64,000 nt of DNA from Histomonas meleagridis 2922-C6/04-290x. Its lineage: Eukaryota > Protista > Parabasalia. Both the position numbers and the translations under genes were made by a program. Under the pieces are notes generated by a model, which saw only the letters and a program-made list of their open reading frames with translations, did no database searches and was not told the origin of the DNA. The stretch is taken from assembly GCA_020184695.1 (NCBI GenBank), contig JAANOX010000126.1, positions 248,001-312,000 on the forward strand, read 5' to 3'. Shown in pieces: positions 20,548 to 32,379 of this stretch; position 1 is the first letter of the stretch; each line of letters starts with the position of its first letter.

Positions 20548-21768
20548 ATGGTTGAGTATACAACAGAATGTCTTGAAATTTCACCCGACGAAATGAAAAG
20601 AATTCAATCAATTACACCAGAACCAGTTGCACCAGTTCAACTCAAACCAGTTAATGAAAAAATTAAAGTTATTATTGATACTGATTTTGGAACAGATCTT
20701 GATGATGCATTAGCACTTCTTTATGCAGTTCGCACAAAAGAATTAGAAATTTTAGGCGTTACTACAATGTATGGACCATCAAAAGTTAGAGCAGCTATTA
20801 TAAAGAAATTTCTTTCAGCACAATTAAAAACACATCCTAATTTTAAACCATTCGAAGTCATTGCAGGCGCAGAAACGCAAACCGGTACGCACCGTGAGAT
20901 TTTTTTATCATATAAAGAAGGTATTGGTATTCTTTCAAAAAAAGAAATTGAAGAACTTGGAAATGCAGAAAATTGGGGAAAAGGTAATCAATATGAAGCG
21001 AGTGAATTTATTGCTAAAACTGTTAAAGAACACCCGCATGAAGTTACAATTGCATCAATTGGAATTCCTACTAATATTGCATTAGCAATTCAAAATCATC
21101 CTGAAATAATTCCATTAATAAAAGAAATAGTTTTAATGGGATGTGGGCATCCTATTACTACTGGATCAGGACGGATGATGAAATATAAAAAGGATAAAAA
21201 AGATTGGGCAAATCAAGAAACGATAGAATTTCCTTGGGGCACCCCGGATCAGGACACCCCAATTCAAAAATATATTGAAGAAGGTCACATAATTCATTTT
21301 TTCCCTAATCATAATATTTCTGGTGATTCAATGGCCACTTCTATTATATTTTCACATCCGGAAATTAAATGTAGAATTCTTTCTTCTTTTGTTACGCATA
21401 ATTTTTGGTTGGAAGGAAAAGCAATTGCATACTTAAAAAATATTGCAAAAAATGTGACACCTGAAGAAAGAAATAATCCTTCAAAGCCTGAAATTATAAC
21501 TGCAATATGTTTAGATGAATGGTTTGAATATAGAGAAGGAAATTGTGGTGGTCAATGTCCTCATGATCCTTTGACGTTACATGAAATTGCTTTTCAAGGA
21601 AAAGATTCGCATGTCGTTTATTTGCCTGGAACAATGATAATTCATGAATGGGCTGCTTTTGGTACTTTTGTTCCTCATAAAAATGGAAATCATTTACTTG
21701 GTGTTGACATTGTAAATTGTGATGAATTTTTGCAACATTTAACTGAAGTTTTAATAAAAGAAGATTAA
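20548..21768 (+). CDS. Inosine-uridine-preferring nucleoside hydrolase family protein
   Basis: KVIIDTDFGTDLDDALAL, ILGVTT, IASIGIPTNIA, HN, PHDPL. First ATG at 20548; the ORF track starts upstream at a TTG. Confidence 0.88.
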   Translation: MVEYTTECLEISPDEMKRIQSITPEPVAPVQLKPVNEKIKVIIDTDFGTDLDDALALLYAVRTKELEILGVTTMYGPSKVRAAIIKKFLSAQLKTHPNFKPFEVIAGAETQTGTHREIFLSYKEGIGILSKKEIEELGNAENWGKGNQYEASEFIAKTVKEHPHEVTIASIGIPTNIALAIQNHPEIIPLIKEIVLMGCGHPITTGSGRMMKYKKDKKDWANQETIEFPWGTPDQDTPIQKYIEEGHIIHFFPNHNISGDSMATSIIFSHPEIKCRILSSFVTHNFWLEGKAIAYLKNIAKNVTPEERNNPSKPEIITAICLDEWFEYREGNCGGQCPHDPLTLHEIAFQGKDSHVVYLPGTMIIHEWAAFGTFVPHKNGNHLLGVDIVNCDEFLQHLTEVLIKED

Positions 21769-21903
21769 ATTGAATTATGTAATTTATTATAAATTCTTTG
21801 AGTTTTACGAATTAAAAAAAATAATATTAAAGAAAATTAAACATTAAATAACATCTTTAGCTTTAGATAAATTTGATTAAAAACATTAAATAATATTTTA
21901 TTT

Positions 21904-23376
21904 CTATTTATTAACAACATTTCTTTCATATTTTCCAAATGTTTTCGTGTATTGTATAATTGCTTCGACCATTGATTTACAATACTCGAATGAAGGCGAC
22001 AGATTTCTATCTGGCGAATATTCTTTTAAGAACATTAACGCGCTATAAACAGCAGATGTGTTTGATGCAATAAAGCAACCAAACAAAATAGAAAACAAAT
22101 CATCGAATGAAAGTGTTTCACTTTCATTTGTTTTTATCTTGGAATTTTTCATTTTATTTATTGATGCGCCTTTTTGTATTTCTTTTATTGCGTTAAAGAT
22201 ATGATATAATCCATCGATTGGATTTGTGACATAGATAGCATCTTCCAATCGTAAAGATGCGTTAACAAAATGTTCATCTTTTTGGAAGAATTTACAAATG
22301 TTTTCATTCTCTTCAATATCGTTTGGTACATATTTTAATGGAATCACGAAATGTTCCGTACTTAATTCCGATATTTTCTTTAATTTATCGTTTATTTCAT
22401 TGTCTGATTTGAATAATGTAGATTCAAACTTTTCATAAAATCGATTAAAAATTGTACGAAATATAAATAATAACGCAATGGAATGTTCAGTTGGTGTGAA
22501 TGAACATTTAGATGGAATCATTTCATATGAAAAAGCAAGAAGATCTTTGATGAGTTTTTGGGGTGGTTCGTTTTGGCACTTTTTGTTAAGAAAAGTGTCA
22601 ATTTGGGAAGAAAGTGATTCATTATAAAAGAAACACAATGAAAGCTGGAGTTCTGATTCATGCGATGAAACATATTGCGTTCCTGGAATTGCGGATGATA
22701 TAGATTCTTTTACAATGTTACTTAAAAATTTGGGATAATTTGTTATCCAAAGCGGCTTCTCAAATTTTGATACTTCTTTCTTTAAATGGTCAATGTAAGT
22801 AGATAAACGAAGTGCATGCTGTTTAGTAAGGTTTAATGAATCTTGATCAATTACAAAAAAATTACTATTAAGTTGACATACAACTGTATCAGGAACTAGA
22901 TTGCTTGAAAATAAAGAAATAAGGGTGTCAGATTGTTCAAGAAGATTTGAAATCAAACTGTATTTTTGAGTAAGAAATAAAATTAATTGCTCTTGAAGAC
23001 ACTTTTGAGCAAATACAAGTTTCCTTAATTCCATATTATTTGTTTGAATGCTAAAACAAAACATTTCTGCTTTTGGAGGTTTTTCATTTGTAAGAATCGT
23101 TAAATTATTATAAATATTTTTCATTGCTTGAGATAATCTTTCCTTGAACTTTACAATGCTTGCAACAAGGCGAGAATGAATTTGCCCACGCTTAATGTGA
23201 AACATTTTTAAAGCATTTTTATTTCCATTAGAATAAAATTGTAAATATTTAGCTAAGTTTTGATTTACATGAAGCCACTTACATAGAGGAATCATGGAAG
23301 CCTCGATATTATTTTCGTTTATTTTTCCTTTATAAGATTCTTCGAACATAAAATGATCCAATTCAAAAAAAAACAC
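21904..23376 (-). CDS. VPS9-like domain protein (putative Rab5-family GEF)
   Basis: C-terminal NPIDGLYHIFNAIKEI...LSFDDLFSILFGCFI...FEYCKSMVEAII resembles the VPS9 domain. Confidence 0.55.
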   Translation of the reverse strand: MFFFELDHFMFEESYKGKINENNIEASMIPLCKWLHVNQNLAKYLQFYSNGNKNALKMFHIKRGQIHSRLVASIVKFKERLSQAMKNIYNNLTILTNEKPPKAEMFCFSIQTNNMELRKLVFAQKCLQEQLILFLTQKYSLISNLLEQSDTLISLFSSNLVPDTVVCQLNSNFFVIDQDSLNLTKQHALRLSTYIDHLKKEVSKFEKPLWITNYPKFLSNIVKESISSAIPGTQYVSSHESELQLSLCFFYNESLSSQIDTFLNKKCQNEPPQKLIKDLLAFSYEMIPSKCSFTPTEHSIALLFIFRTIFNRFYEKFESTLFKSDNEINDKLKKISELSTEHFVIPLKYVPNDIEENENICKFFQKDEHFVNASLRLEDAIYVTNPIDGLYHIFNAIKEIQKGASINKMKNSKIKTNESETLSFDDLFSILFGCFIASNTSAVYSALMFLKEYSPDRNLSPSFEYCKSMVEAIIQYTKTFGKYERNVVNK

Positions 23377-23749
23377 CTTTCGACCAAACTTACCAACTTT
23401 TTGACAGCGGTTTAACGGTTTCGCAACACAAATTTACCTGACCACTTTCAATTCAAAATTTAAAAGTTTTTGATCTCCTGTTTAATCAGATTTGGAGAAA
23501 AAGTCATCTCCTGTCCTTAGAGGGCAATGAATGCATTTAAGAATGGAGTAACGCTTATCTACTTTTCAATATTTTAAAGAGATTTTTTTTTAAATGATGA
23601 ATCAAAAAAAAATAACAACTTTCTCTTTAATAGCAAAAAATGATTGTCATTTCTTAGCCCTTCTCTGTTTTCTTTTTACTTTTCTCTTGTATAAAAAATA
23701 ATTAATGATACTACTCCATGATTTTACCAAAAAAATTATTTTATGTGTC

Positions 23750-24316
23750 TTAACAACATCGACTTTCTTGGTCTGTGTCTTTTATTCGAAATGAATTTTC
23801 AGGTGCATTTTTAAGATTTTTAATGATTTCAAAAATCATGTAATTTACAGCATTATCAACATTTTCTCCAGTTAAAGCAGATGTGATAAAATAGGGGTAA
23901 TTCCCTTTTTCTTCTGCAAATTTGGAAATTTCTTCTTCATCTACTTGATGGTCTGGAAGATCAAGCTTATTGGCAATTATAACTATAACCTGTTTTTCGC
24001 TTGTATTTTCATCAATTGTTTTAAGCCAGTAATCCAATGACTCGAAACTTTTTCTATTAGTTATATCAAATACCAAAAATACACCCTTACAAGAACGAAA
24101 ATATGGTGCTGTAATACTACGATATGCTTCTTGTCCTGCTGTATCCCACATTTGAATTTTATATTTAACTCCTTTAACTTCAACTGTATGACATTTGAGT
24201 TCTGTTCCAATAGTTGGTTGAACATTATGTACATGATTTGGGTCATTCCATTTCAACATGAAAGAAGTCTTTCCGCATTGATGGTCCCCAGCAAGGATAA
24301 CTTTGAAAGATTGCAT
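23750..24316 (-). CDS. Rab-family small GTPase
   Basis: GDHQCGKTS, PTIG, WDTAGQE, NKLD, TSAL, C-terminal CC prenylation motif. Confidence 0.95.
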   Translation of the reverse strand: MQSFKVILAGDHQCGKTSFMLKWNDPNHVHNVQPTIGTELKCHTVEVKGVKYKIQMWDTAGQEAYRSITAPYFRSCKGVFLVFDITNRKSFESLDYWLKTIDENTSEKQVIVIIANKLDLPDHQVDEEEISKFAEEKGNYPYFITSALTGENVDNAVNYMIFEIIKNLKNAPENSFRIKDTDQESRCC

Positions 24317-24489
24317 TCTCCACTACGAAAGTCAAATTTTCAAAGTATTGAATTTTCAGTTTCCAAGATTCTTTCATGTTATCAAAATTGAGAAAAAAAC
24401 AACTGTCATTATAATAAACGGTCTCCAATTTTATTTCGACTTTAATTAGGAAAAAACATTTTTTAAAAAAACTTAATAAACATAATTTT

Positions 24490-25911
24490 TTATTGTAAAA
24501 ACAATTTATCAGGAACTTCTTCTTCAGATTCTGATAAGAAATCATCCATAATTTTGTTTGATAATGTATACAACTCATTATCATCCGAGTCTATAAACCT
24601 TTCCAAAAATTCCTTAATTTCATCTATATCGATTATTTCCAATGTAGAATTATCATAATTAAAAATCGCATAAATAGTTTTCATTAAAACGCATAAAAAT
24701 TTTTTGTTATTTGATTCCAAATCAAGGCAATCATTCACCAAAGAAATGAAATCACATTTTTCGAGGACAATATCAGGCCAATTAATAGCAGCGTTACAAA
24801 AGATAAACAAAAAACTTTCTTTCATATCAAATTGCATATTTTGATAATTATCCAACAAAAACGTAAAAGCGTCACTTTTTAGTAAATATTCGGCGGTTTC
24901 TTTATAAAATGCAATGTTCGAAAAAATAAGCAAAATTTTGGGCATTACACTTGGCATCAAATGTTGGTACTTGAATGGTATAGCCTTAACATGTCCAACT
25001 AATATGTTTAATAATGTAATGACGAGTTTTTCGCAATCTGGAATTTTGATGAATGATAAAATGCAGCGATTCCAAACTTTTAATAGTTGCATTAAAAGAT
25101 TTCCATTCCCAAGTTTATCTATTTCAAATGGTTTTTCAGTGATTTTTAATAATATGCCAATGAATTCGGGAGGCAAAATAATCGAAAGAGAATCATTCCA
25201 ATAATTAATGATGTCGTCTAATAAGTCTAAGATGTTCTCAAGTACAGTGTTTGTCTTTGTTTGTATGTATTGATGAATTGCTTCGAGTGGTAAAAGAATT
25301 AATGGAATTTCATTTATTTGTACATATAAATCTTCCCGCCTAAGATTTTTAAAAATCAAATGAAGGAAAGAAAATAAAGAGAAAAAATACATGTCTTTGT
25401 CATAATTAGGAATATTTTGTATAATAACTTCAACAATATGATGTTCAAATGTTAATGAGCCTGTTGCTTCTGGATCACCCCTAACGACATCTGGAAGCAG
25501 CAAGTTAATATACTTTAAGTAATTTGGATTTTGAAAAAGAAAAGGAAATATTCCTAAATTTGCTTTTAAATATTGAACTGGTATAGGAGAAAAAACTTTG
25601 AGTCTATTGATAATAGACATGGATAAATCAATTAGTGTTAAATCATTCGAATTAAAAATGTCAAAAAAAATTGGAACACAGTCTGTTTGAGATAATATCG
25701 CATTTATACGTGGATTCGGTCGTAGATTTTTTAATTGTTGATCAATTGATCTTAAAATTGATATTTTCTTGGTATTTTTAAATTGATTAATAAGATTAGT
25801 AAGAAAATTAAAGTCAACCTGCACTATTTTTTGAGCATCGTTGTTGAATTCAATTTTTTCATCAAGATCAATTATTTTATTCGGAGTGGATTGACCTTTA
25901 TATGATGCCAT
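24490..25911 (-). CDS. ARM/HEAT-like alpha-helical protein
   Basis: 473-aa ORF with Leu/Ile-rich amphipathic helical repeats (e.g. LLIFSNIA, FIFCNAA); no specific family recognised. Confidence 0.45.
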   Translation of the reverse strand: MASYKGQSTPNKIIDLDEKIEFNNDAQKIVQVDFNFLTNLINQFKNTKKISILRSIDQQLKNLRPNPRINAILSQTDCVPIFFDIFNSNDLTLIDLSMSIINRLKVFSPIPVQYLKANLGIFPFLFQNPNYLKYINLLLPDVVRGDPEATGSLTFEHHIVEVIIQNIPNYDKDMYFFSLFSFLHLIFKNLRREDLYVQINEIPLILLPLEAIHQYIQTKTNTVLENILDLLDDIINYWNDSLSIILPPEFIGILLKITEKPFEIDKLGNGNLLMQLLKVWNRCILSFIKIPDCEKLVITLLNILVGHVKAIPFKYQHLMPSVMPKILLIFSNIAFYKETAEYLLKSDAFTFLLDNYQNMQFDMKESFLFIFCNAAINWPDIVLEKCDFISLVNDCLDLESNNKKFLCVLMKTIYAIFNYDNSTLEIIDIDEIKEFLERFIDSDDNELYTLSNKIMDDFLSESEEEVPDKLFLQ

Positions 25912-26230
25912 TATATAACGGTTTTAATCGTCATGGTATTCTTTTTTCTTATCGTCTTTTTTTTTCTTTGTTTGCATTTTTTGGTGCTTTTTAAGGGACG
26001 GCTTGGCATGTATCTTTAAAATCTACTTTTGTTATACTATTAGAAAAATTCATTTATATGTTTTATAGATAAAATTTAAAGATAATTTTAAAATGGTAAT
26101 AGCAACAATATTCATTCACATTAAGTAGAAATTATTACATATATCTAATTTAGTTTGTGGTTTTGCACTAAAATGGATAACTTTGTTGTCTATATATATT
26201 ACGTATTTATTTACATCATTTGCTTCGAAA

Positions 26231-27172
26231 TCAGTCAATAGATTTCCTTCTCTTGAAGAACACAACATCATTTTGTTCTTCAACCGAATCTGTTTGCTTT
26301 AACAAATTTGTATTATCTGGAATATCGCCTTGCAAAAGCAAACTTCCTTCGATTTTCTTCTGCTTTGCTTTCGTACAGCGAACGACAATCCAATAAATTA
26401 GCACAGACAAAAATATTATTGCGCCGAAAACAATTAATGAATATACGAAACTCATCCATATGTTTTGAACGCGGCCTACGTCACAACGTATTAAGAACTC
26501 TGCGTTCATTTTCTTTTGTATAAAATCTGTCCCGTTAAATTCAGGTGATTCATGAAATATGCAATTGTTACCAACAGTCTCTGTACTTAAATGTTGGAGA
26601 TTTAGGCCCCACGTCGTACGCGTTTGAGCATTTCCAATCCCAAAGAAAAGTTTTTCTTCACTTTGAAATTGAATTGAATTATTGGTGGATGATTTGATCT
26701 GTGAATTATTGTTGAAAATATATATAGTTGAGTTATGTCCTTTAGAGAAATAGACAAAGTTGTCGAAAAAGGTTGATTGATATTGATTAATTGGAAATAT
26801 GCAATGTCTGATTTGTGGACTTTCAAAATTGACACGTAATCTAGCTTCACCATAAGAACTAAAAGCTGCCACTGCATTATTACAAAGAGATTGATTGAAG
26901 GTCCAGATAATCAAATCTAGATCTTTGTAAATTGTAATGTTTAACGAAGATCCTTTAAAATAAAAATGAGGGACAACAGATGTTACATTATTTACAAGGA
27001 AATTATTTTGACTTGTATGCGGAAAAAGAAATTCTTTTGCAAAATCTGTTTCTAAAAAATTAAACTGATATGATGAATTGCCCTTTAAAGAAAATGAGTG
27101 AAATCCAGTATTTTTTATGTCAAATGTTTGAGATAATCCAAATCGAAAAAAGAATATTGCGAAAATCATCAA
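26231..27172 (-). CDS. Type-I membrane protein of unknown function
   Basis: Signal peptide MMIFAIFFFRFGLS; TM IWMSFVYSLIVFGAIIFLSVLIYWIVV; basic cytosolic tail. Confidence 0.65.
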   Translation of the reverse strand: MMIFAIFFFRFGLSQTFDIKNTGFHSFSLKGNSSYQFNFLETDFAKEFLFPHTSQNNFLVNNVTSVVPHFYFKGSSLNITIYKDLDLIIWTFNQSLCNNAVAAFSSYGEARLRVNFESPQIRHCIFPINQYQSTFFDNFVYFSKGHNSTIYIFNNNSQIKSSTNNSIQFQSEEKLFFGIGNAQTRTTWGLNLQHLSTETVGNNCIFHESPEFNGTDFIQKKMNAEFLIRCDVGRVQNIWMSFVYSLIVFGAIIFLSVLIYWIVVRCTKAKQKKIEGSLLLQGDIPDNTNLLKQTDSVEEQNDVVFFKRRKSID

Positions 27173-27379
27173 TTTGGGTTATGTAAATTTACATAACCGT
27201 CAATTCGATTGTAAAGTTCTTAAAAAGCCGTAATTCTAATTCTTCAAACTCAAAGAAGTCCAAATAATTTTGTTTTTCTAAGGAAATTTATGAAAATAAA
27301 AGTGAAAAAAACTTTAATTGAATAAAGAAAGAAATACATATTATTTGGCTTTAATTTGCTATGTACATCTTATTCATAA

Positions 27380-28400
27380 AATTTAATAATACACGTGTGT
27401 AAATTATTTCCTATTATGATTTTGAGCATCATATTAATAGAATAAATATAAAATAAGCCAAATAAATATTTTTTGCATTTACATCAATTCCTTTTTGTTC
27501 AAGAAATAAGATAACAATTTATGTGTAACTTCTTGAAGATGCTTTTAGAGTCATACCAAATAATTCTCAAGTACTAATTCAAAATATTAAAATAAATTTT
27601 TAATAAAACAAATAAATATCTCTTTTATTAAAATCATTTTTTTTTAAGTCCAAAAAATATATTAAACCTGGTCCAACAACTGTTTAATGAATATTCATTA
27701 ATTCATTATTTCCTTTTTCTTCATAAAGATCTTTAAACATATCATTTCGACTTAATTTAATTGCTGCTTCATGTGTATCTACAAAAAATGAATAATTTTG
27801 TTTACATAAATAAATATTCTCTTAAGAGGAAATTTCCACCTCCAACAGCAAATTTTCTTGTATTTTTTACACAAGCACTGTTTAATAACAAATATATAAA
27901 ACATTGAATAGATCCGAAAAATGTTGCATAAACAAAAGATTTTCTTGAATAATAAAAGAACATCTTTCATAAATTAATGGTTTAATTGTTTGAGTTATCA
28001 AAACATATATTGTGTCGATCAAGAATTTGAATAACCTTGTGATTGTTCATTTTCTTGATTCGAATCATGTGATGATATTTCTTTGAAGTTTTTCAAAATT
28101 ATCTAAATGATTATGCAGTTTTGCTTGAATAAATTTTTTTTCATTTTTATTTATTGTATATGAAGTTCCCTGTTATTCACTGGAAATTTTCTAGGTATAC
28201 CTTTATAATGAATAAAATGTAAAGTATTTTTTTTCATAGCTAAATCTGATAAGATTAAGATGATCATCTATTCCAGAAGAAAATAAGATTCTTGTGTTTC
28301 TAATTCAAGAATAAAATTTGTATATTGCTTCATCAACTTACGATAATTTTTATTAACCATAAGATACATTTTCCAAAAAGAATATAAAATATACCATTAT
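27380..28400 (-). pseudogene. Decayed DUF3447/ankyrin remnant
   Basis: TLKASSRSYT*IVILFLEQKGIDVNAKN has a stop inside the conserved helix (27519-27521); no long ORF. Boundaries approximate. Confidence 0.55.
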
Positions 28401-29143
28401 TAAATATTAATTATATTATACAATATGTTGTAAAATTATTTGACTATGTATACAAGATATTTTGATATGTTATTCGTACATGTATGAAACGTACCCACAC
28501 TTATAAAAACAAACAGAAAAGATTCAGATTTAATTAATAAGATAATTACCTTTAACAATGTTTTGAGTGTTTTAAATTTTAACATCTTTTTGGGGTATTC
28601 GTTTATAAATTCATTTCAATTGATTATGATAACATTTTTTGTCAAGTGATAAAAATTCGAGTACCCTACAGATTTTTTATATTTGATCCTAACTAGTTAT
28701 GTGTGAATGCTATTTGATGAAGTTAATATTACTGAAATGCAGATGGAAATGTCATTACATTTATAAAAAATTTTTTAAGTGTTAACTTTCCATTCATTTT
28801 AACAAAATGACATCATTCGTATCAAAAGCGCTCGTGTTCTTGAAAATATTTTTGAATTCATTTATTCATCCATAGTTAATTGGCATGTGGTGTTGTTCAT
28901 CACCTCTCAACGTTGGGGATTCTGTACTTTATTTTTTATGAAACAACTTTTTGTACATTCCTTACTTTTTTCACGGGCTTCCAAACTCAATTTTGAATAA
29001 AATTTTCAATCGAAAAAACGATAATTTTTTGATAGAATTTTTAAGTTAATGATTTGACAAGTCAAAAGTGTCTCTTTAGCTGTCCATCAAAAAATACTTT
29101 TTTTGTAAATCAAAAAGTGACATATTTAACTTTGTATTTTGCT

Positions 29144-32100
29144 AGGACACCAGAACAATTTGCTGAGTTATTTTCAGCCATTAGAAGTCCAGATACAAAT
29201 TTAATTAATCAAGGTTTTCAAATATTAGAAGAATCATATCGACACCCAGAATGTTTTCCTGCATTATTAGCTTTTTTTGAGAAATCAGAAGACCCAATAC
29301 TTAGAAGATATGCTATCAATGGGGTCGAACAAGCAGTCCTTAATTATAAGGCTAATCAAGACATAAATTTATGTAATAACGTATTTGATTGGGTTTTGGC
29401 AAAGATTTTACACGAAGCTGATTACCAATGTAAAAAGTCGCTTTGCAAGGCTTTAGTAGCCATCGCTAGTACCTGGTCTTTTTTAGAGATTTTTCCTAAA
29501 ATTTCAAATTTAGCAAACTTATGCCTTCAAAACCAAGAAACCACTGCCACCGGGATTCAGTTATGGCACTTAATATTTCCACGTAGCCTTGGCCAAAATC
29601 CTCCACCAGAACAAGTTCAATTAGATATTCATTTAATCGAATTATCATCACAATATCTCCTTAGCCCGAACCAAGAACTACGGCTAGCTTCTTTAGAGTT
29701 GCTTAATGATGCTATTTATGTTTTTGAGGAAGATTTATTTTATCGTTTTAATTTAGGCCCATTATTTTCACAAATCAACCAGAATATCCAACAATTAGCC
29801 TTGAATATCTTACAGTCTCCACAAATAACAATTGAAACCTTTGAGTTTATTCGATTTTATGAAGAGATATTTCAAATGGAACATTTTTATTTCTTCAATG
29901 ACAGCTCCAACGAAGTAATTGGCATTGCTCTTATGGCTATTCAAAACGAGAACTTACCCAAACAAAATCGAGTTCTTATCCATCTTAATTTAATCTCACC
30001 AGCGTATCAATACATCGACAAAAATCTTCATGACGAAGTTCAAAATATTATCAAATGCTCAATTAAGCTCTCACTTGATTGTTGTCATGAAGATCGAAAA
30101 GATGAATCATATGAATTTCTTGAAGAATTTCTAACCGATCTAAATGAAGCTGAGCGCTTACTTTTTGATTATTCCTATCCATATATTCGACAATTTGTTG
30201 CCAGTCAAGATTTAGCTGAGCGCCAAGTTGCATTTCTCTTAATTCGTTCAGCCTCAATTGTTTTTACCTTTCCACAATCGATTGAATATCTCTTAGTTGT
30301 CCTAAGCTTTGGAGATGTTGATGACGAGATCATTGTTCAATCGTGTTGTCAAACCATTGAAAAGTTTCTTAACGATCATCTGGAGACCGTTATCTATCTT
30401 TTCAATAACGTTCTCCAGTATTTGACTAATCACATGAAATACTTTTGTATCTTCCAAACATTAGATCGTGTCATTGTAAAATGTAAGATGCCCATTCAAT
30501 CGTTAAGTAACATTGTCTCTATGTTAGTTAATTTATTACCACGTGCAAATGTTGATCAAGCGACCACATTATTATATTGTATATCTAATTGTTTATTAGT
30601 CACCACGAACATTGATGAAAACATATATATTTCTCTTAAGCCAATATTAACATCTGCATGTAATTTACATCCATTATATCAAAGTCCAATTTTATTAACG
30701 TTTGGAAACTTAGTTAAAATATCTCCGATAGGAATTGCTCAAGATTTAAGTGCAATTTTTGAACTTATTAACAAGTCAATGAATTCCATTTTAGATCCAT
30801 CATTTCGATGTGCAGTAATATGTATCCAAAAACTTGTTGAATATTTACCATTAACAGTTTCGAACTTTATCACATCAGAAATGTTACAAAAGATCATCTT
30901 CACAATGAATATGGAAATGCCCAAATCTGAAGAAATGCAAATCGAAGGTAATGTATATATGTTCAAACGATGTAAGCAATCATGTTCTAAATGTTTGTTT
31001 ACCATTGCTCGAGAAATACCGAAATTTGCAGAACAATTCGGATCAACTTTATGGGAAATATTATGTTCGAAGATAAATCCAATCTATGGACCGAATAGTC
31101 AAGTCAATGGATTCGATGAACAGTTTTATGAAGGTTGTATCTTATTTCGTATTGGCAGTAAAATGTTCGCGGAGAATCAGTGCCCTTTAATTAACATATT
31201 CCCGGGAATGTTAAACACAATTAACACAAGTGATAACACTAAAGCTGCAATAGCTACTTTAAAGGCTTCTTGCGAAATCATAAAATACGCATCGTTCGAT
31301 CAGATATTTTGGAAAGGAAGCCCCGAAAAGTTAATACACGTGAACTTGCTCTTGTCCGACGGAATATTTTGTTGCGCTTTTCCAAACCAAAAATATTCTC
31401 AAATTCCAATCAATTTACGTCGTACAATTTTCCAAACTTTACTGGCGGTTATTGATCGGTGCGGGCATTCAATTATTGAGTTCTTCGATCAAATTTATAA
31501 GACAATTTCGCATGAATTTTTCTCAACAACAAAGTTAAATCAATCATTTTTTATGCATATATTCTCAAAGATTTTATATTATTGTCCGGAATTACAAAAA
31601 GATCTTTTGGAAACAATTTACCCTTCATTGGTAGAAGCACTTAAACAAGAAGAAGATTATGAAACACAAACAAATCTCTTCATTTCATTAATATTTCTGA
31701 TTAAAACTACTGGAAATGTGTTGGGTGAATTGGCCGGTTATTTGCTTCAATTGACTACGAAGTTTTTGAACGAGGACATTCAATATTTGACTGATTTATT
31801 CGAGGCGTGTCTTGGTTTGTGGGGAACGTTAATTATGAACTTTGGATTTGAGTTCGACGAAAATTCAATTAAATTCATTGACATGATTCAACCAAAACCA
31901 AATTCTGAACTTTTGCCGGTTTTTGTCGAATTTCTGATGTTTACATTGAACAAAGTAGGTGGTGATGTCGTGCTAAGAAAATTGAAATATATTTTTACAA
32001 TGCTGTTCGCTTCGAGAATTGACTTGATCTCAAAAATTCCTTTGGACGTGTTGAAGTTCGCGTTGGGAGCCCTCCAACAAATCCAACAAAACGAAGTTAT

Positions 32101-32188
32101 GGAGTTTTGCGGTTACAACGAGTCGTACGTTAGGGAAATTCAATCGAATTTAAATAGGATATTGAAAAATTTGGAAGAGAAGAAGTAG
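29144..32188 (+). CDS. Importin-beta/karyopherin-like HEAT-repeat protein (importin-4-like); expected start codon reads AGG
   Basis: TPEQFAELFSAIRSPDTNLINQGFQILEESYRHPECFPALL...DPILRRYA resembles an importin N-terminal domain; about 1000 aa of HEAT-like helices. Confidence 0.65.
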   Translation, partial: RTPEQFAELFSAIRSPDTNLINQGFQILEESYRHPECFPALLAFFEKSEDPILRRYAINGVEQAVLNYKANQDINLCNNVFDWVLAKILHEADYQCKKSLCKALVAIASTWSFLEIFPKISNLANLCLQNQETTATGIQLWHLIFPRSLGQNPPPEQVQLDIHLIELSSQYLLSPNQELRLASLELLNDAIYVFEEDLFYRFNLGPLFSQINQNIQQLALNILQSPQITIETFEFIRFYEEIFQMEHFYFFNDSSNEVIGIALMAIQNENLPKQNRVLIHLNLISPAYQYIDKNLHDEVQNIIKCSIKLSLDCCHEDRKDESYEFLEEFLTDLNEAERLLFDYSYPYIRQFVASQDLAERQVAFLLIRSASIVFTFPQSIEYLLVVLSFGDVDDEIIVQSCCQTIEKFLNDHLETVIYLFNNVLQYLTNHMKYFCIFQTLDRVIVKCKMPIQSLSNIVSMLVNLLPRANVDQATTLLYCISNCLLVTTNIDENIYISLKPILTSACNLHPLYQSPILLTFGNLVKISPIGIAQDLSAIFELINKSMNSILDPSFRCAVICIQKLVEYLPLTVSNFITSEMLQKIIFTMNMEMPKSEEMQIEGNVYMFKRCKQSCSKCLFTIAREIPKFAEQFGSTLWEILCSKINPIYGPNSQVNGFDEQFYEGCILFRIGSKMFAENQCPLINIFPGMLNTINTSDNTKAAIATLKASCEIIKYASFDQIFWKGSPEKLIHVNLLLSDGIFCCAFPNQKYSQIPINLRRTIFQTLLAVIDRCGHSIIEFFDQIYKTISHEFFSTTKLNQSFFMHIFSKILYYCPELQKDLLETIYPSLVEALKQEEDYETQTNLFISLIFLIKTTGNVLGELAGYLLQLTTKFLNEDIQYLTDLFEACLGLWGTLIMNFGFEFDENSIKFIDMIQPKPNSELLPVFVEFLMFTLNKVGGDVVLRKLKYIFTMLFASRIDLISKIPLDVLKFALGALQQIQQNEVMEFCGYNESYVREIQSNLNRILKNLEEKK

Positions 32189-32379
32189 TTCCTCAGAATT
32201 TGCGGTTTTTGAAGTAATTTGATAATGTTTGGTTAAATAAAAATTTGTTTTTAAGAAATAAATGTATAAACAGATTTCGGTTTTCTATATATTGTTATCA
32301 ACTAAAATCTTTTGATGATGAATTTGCGAGAGAATGGAAATGAAAATTATTAATAATTTTTTTGTTTTAACAATCATTT

